From the human T2T-CHM13v2.0 reference genome, Homo sapiens: a stretch of DNA of 64,000 nucleotides. The stretch lies in the NCBI RefSeq assembly GCF_009914755.1, contig NC_060946.1. The stretch is one strand, 5' to 3'. Both the position numbers and the translations under genes were made by a program. The notes under the pieces were generated by a model, which was not told where the DNA came from, did no database searches, and worked only from the letters and a program-made list of their open reading frames with translations. Shown here in pieces: positions 62,131 through 64,000 of the stretch. Positions within the stretch are counted from its first letter, which is position 1, and the number at the start of each line of letters is the position of its first letter.

Positions 62131-63275
62131 TGCCCCACATGCAAAACCTATTCATTCCTTTCCCTTGAGATCTGTATGGCAGCCGCTCAAAGGCCAGGAG
62201 CCAGCCAGGTGCAGGTGGGAATGCATCTCCTCAGGTGGCCTTTCTTGGGTACAGCTCCTTGAGTGCCACTTCATTCAATGGGAAGACCTGTGAGCTAAAG
62301 AAATGAGTTATCTGCCCTCCCCCTCCTACTCCACAATGGTGGTTCAGGCATAGGAAAACTATTAACACCATAGGCACCCCCAAACTAAAAGCGGAGGAGC
62401 AGGAGACACACAGGAGTCACTGGTCCAGAGCAATTCTGAAATCCATCCTGCTCAAGTCCCATCCTTCCTTCAGGACTTGATGAAATCCCTGCTGGCTCCC
62501 TGTGCAGAGAAGCAGCAGGACCCATCAGCAAGAGTGCAGGCTTTGAGGCCAAATAGTCCTGTGTTCAAATCCTGCTCTGTCAATAAGAGAAGCTAAAAAA
62601 TGAACTATTATGGCACATATTGCCAGTTCCTGGAATAGTCCTCAGTCCAACTGCCTGGGAAAGATTCCCCACATGGCTCCTGACTCTGGCCTCTTGGTTC
62701 TTTCCTCTGGACCACCCTTGGGTTTCTGTAAGAAATGTCCAGTGTTTGCAGCTGAGCAGTTTTTCTTAACTTGCTTTCTGCCCATGAAGATTTTATGGTC
62801 CAAAATCTCTCTTTTCATTTGGTGCCCTCTCTAACCCTTTAATTCAAAGCCAAAACAGGCCCTTTAAAAATTGTGTAGGTTTCTTATCTTATGAGTCAAT
62901 TTATAATCCCTTCCATTAGACAAAAGCCATATCCACAAATCTCTTTTTCACCTTGGGCTCTTGGCAAGGCTGCCTTTATGATTCTTAGAAGCTCTATTAT
63001 TTAACAGAAAGGGTCTTCAACATATGCTGTTAAGATCCTTAGAAGGCCTTTGTCTGCTTGAAAAGGTCTATGAGGTACCACCTTAAATCTTTCTAAGGTC
63101 TTAATAAAAGGCTTTATAGTTATGTCCTTGGATTCATCTTTAAACTATTTTCCTATTAATGACCCTGGCTTTAATCTTTGCCTGGAAGTCATTTCTTATT
63201 TTGGGAAGGAAGAAAGTTTTCAAGCCAAGGAAGTCTTGGTTCCTTTATATTTAATAGTTCATTTTTTAGCTTCTC
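62131..63275 (-). mobile_element. MLT1 internal-region fragment (interrupted at 62447-62610)
   Basis: MaLR-int-like motifs (GAAGACCTGTGAGCTAAAG..AGTTATCTGCCC, TCACTGGTCCAGAGCAATTCTGAAATCCA, GCAGCTGAGCAGTTTT). Confidence 0.6.
62447..62610. repeat. Inverted copy of 63252-63415
   Basis: 164 bp, 3 mismatches, no indels by manual alignment. Confidence 0.97.
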
Positions 63276-64000
63276 TTATTGACAGAGCAGGATTTGAACA
63301 CAGGACTATTTGGCCTCAAAGCCTGCACTCTTGCTGATGGGTCCTGTTGCTTCTCTGCACATGGAGCCAGCAGTGATTTCATCAAGTCCTGAAGGAAGGA
63401 TGGGACTTGAGCAGGTAGAAGAAGGGAGGGCATGGCAGGCAGGGGTGCCACATGGATGAAGACACAGAAATGGTAGGAAATGCAAGGTGCATTAGGAGAC
63501 AGAGGCAGCCAAGTGCACGATCCCTTTCCATCCCTCTCTCCCTTGTTTTGTCCTTCACACATTCGGTTCCTACTTCCATTCCCTTATAACCACTGTTTAT
63601 GTCGTTTTGTAGCACAAGCCCTCTGATATCATCCACACTCCACTCCACCCTTCAATCGGTTGGATCACATGGGTTCCATCTTCCCTGAGAATGCCCTTCC
63701 TCATCTTGTCCACCTGGAGCATGACTTACTTATCTGTCAAGGCCCAAGATGACTGTCACCTCCTCTGTGACATTCCATATGAGTTGGGATATTCTAATGG
63801 TTATAACAACAATGCCAAATGCCTCAGTGTCTTAACACAAGAGTTTTAGTTCTCACTCAGTTGAATGAGAGTTGGCTGTGGTGAGGCAGGTGGGCTTTGC
63901 TCCCCAGTTACATGGGGGCTCATGTTCCTTCTGTCCAGTGGCCCCACCATCCTGTAGCACAGAAGTTTGCAAACAATGACCTGTTTTTGTAAATAAAGTT

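Noticed and set aside
63960-64000. AATAAA at 63992 as the polyA signal of a gene
   Set aside because: Context (GTTTGCAAAC...CTGTTTTTGTAAATAAAGTT) resembles the start of a MER58-type DNA transposon; no associated exon.

Overview
Primate, almost certainly human, genomic DNA: rich in Alu, MIR, L2 and MaLR repeats. It contains the 5' end of CACNG2 (stargazin/TARP gamma-2) on the minus strand. Coding exon 1 is at 25049-25259, with a long GC-rich leader/promoter at about 25260-26550 carrying (CCG)10 and (GA)n repeats; 1-25048 is intron 1. The remaining ~37 kb upstream is repeat-rich non-coding DNA, probably crossed by a divergent lncRNA (recalled from annotation, not provable here). Apart from CACNG2 exon 1 and a few short upstream ORFs, the ORF-track entries look like artefacts of repeats. 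The most unusual structure is a cluster of short local templated insertions between 47 and 63.5 kb. Four segments (164-350 bp) are copied from donors 0.6-2.2 kb away, three in inverted orientation, at about 87%, 92%, 95% and 98% identity (hand counts). Three cross repeat boundaries, two landed inside older transposons, and one composite has microhomology at its internal junctions. This suggests a recurrent template-switching hotspot. Also notable: a uORF overlapping the stargazin start codon, a flipped-half-site RE1-like element, an antisense exon-like cassette in intron 1 and an Alu-tail (GAA)26 tract. I found no convincing new protein-coding system. Repeat subfamily names are by-eye calls.
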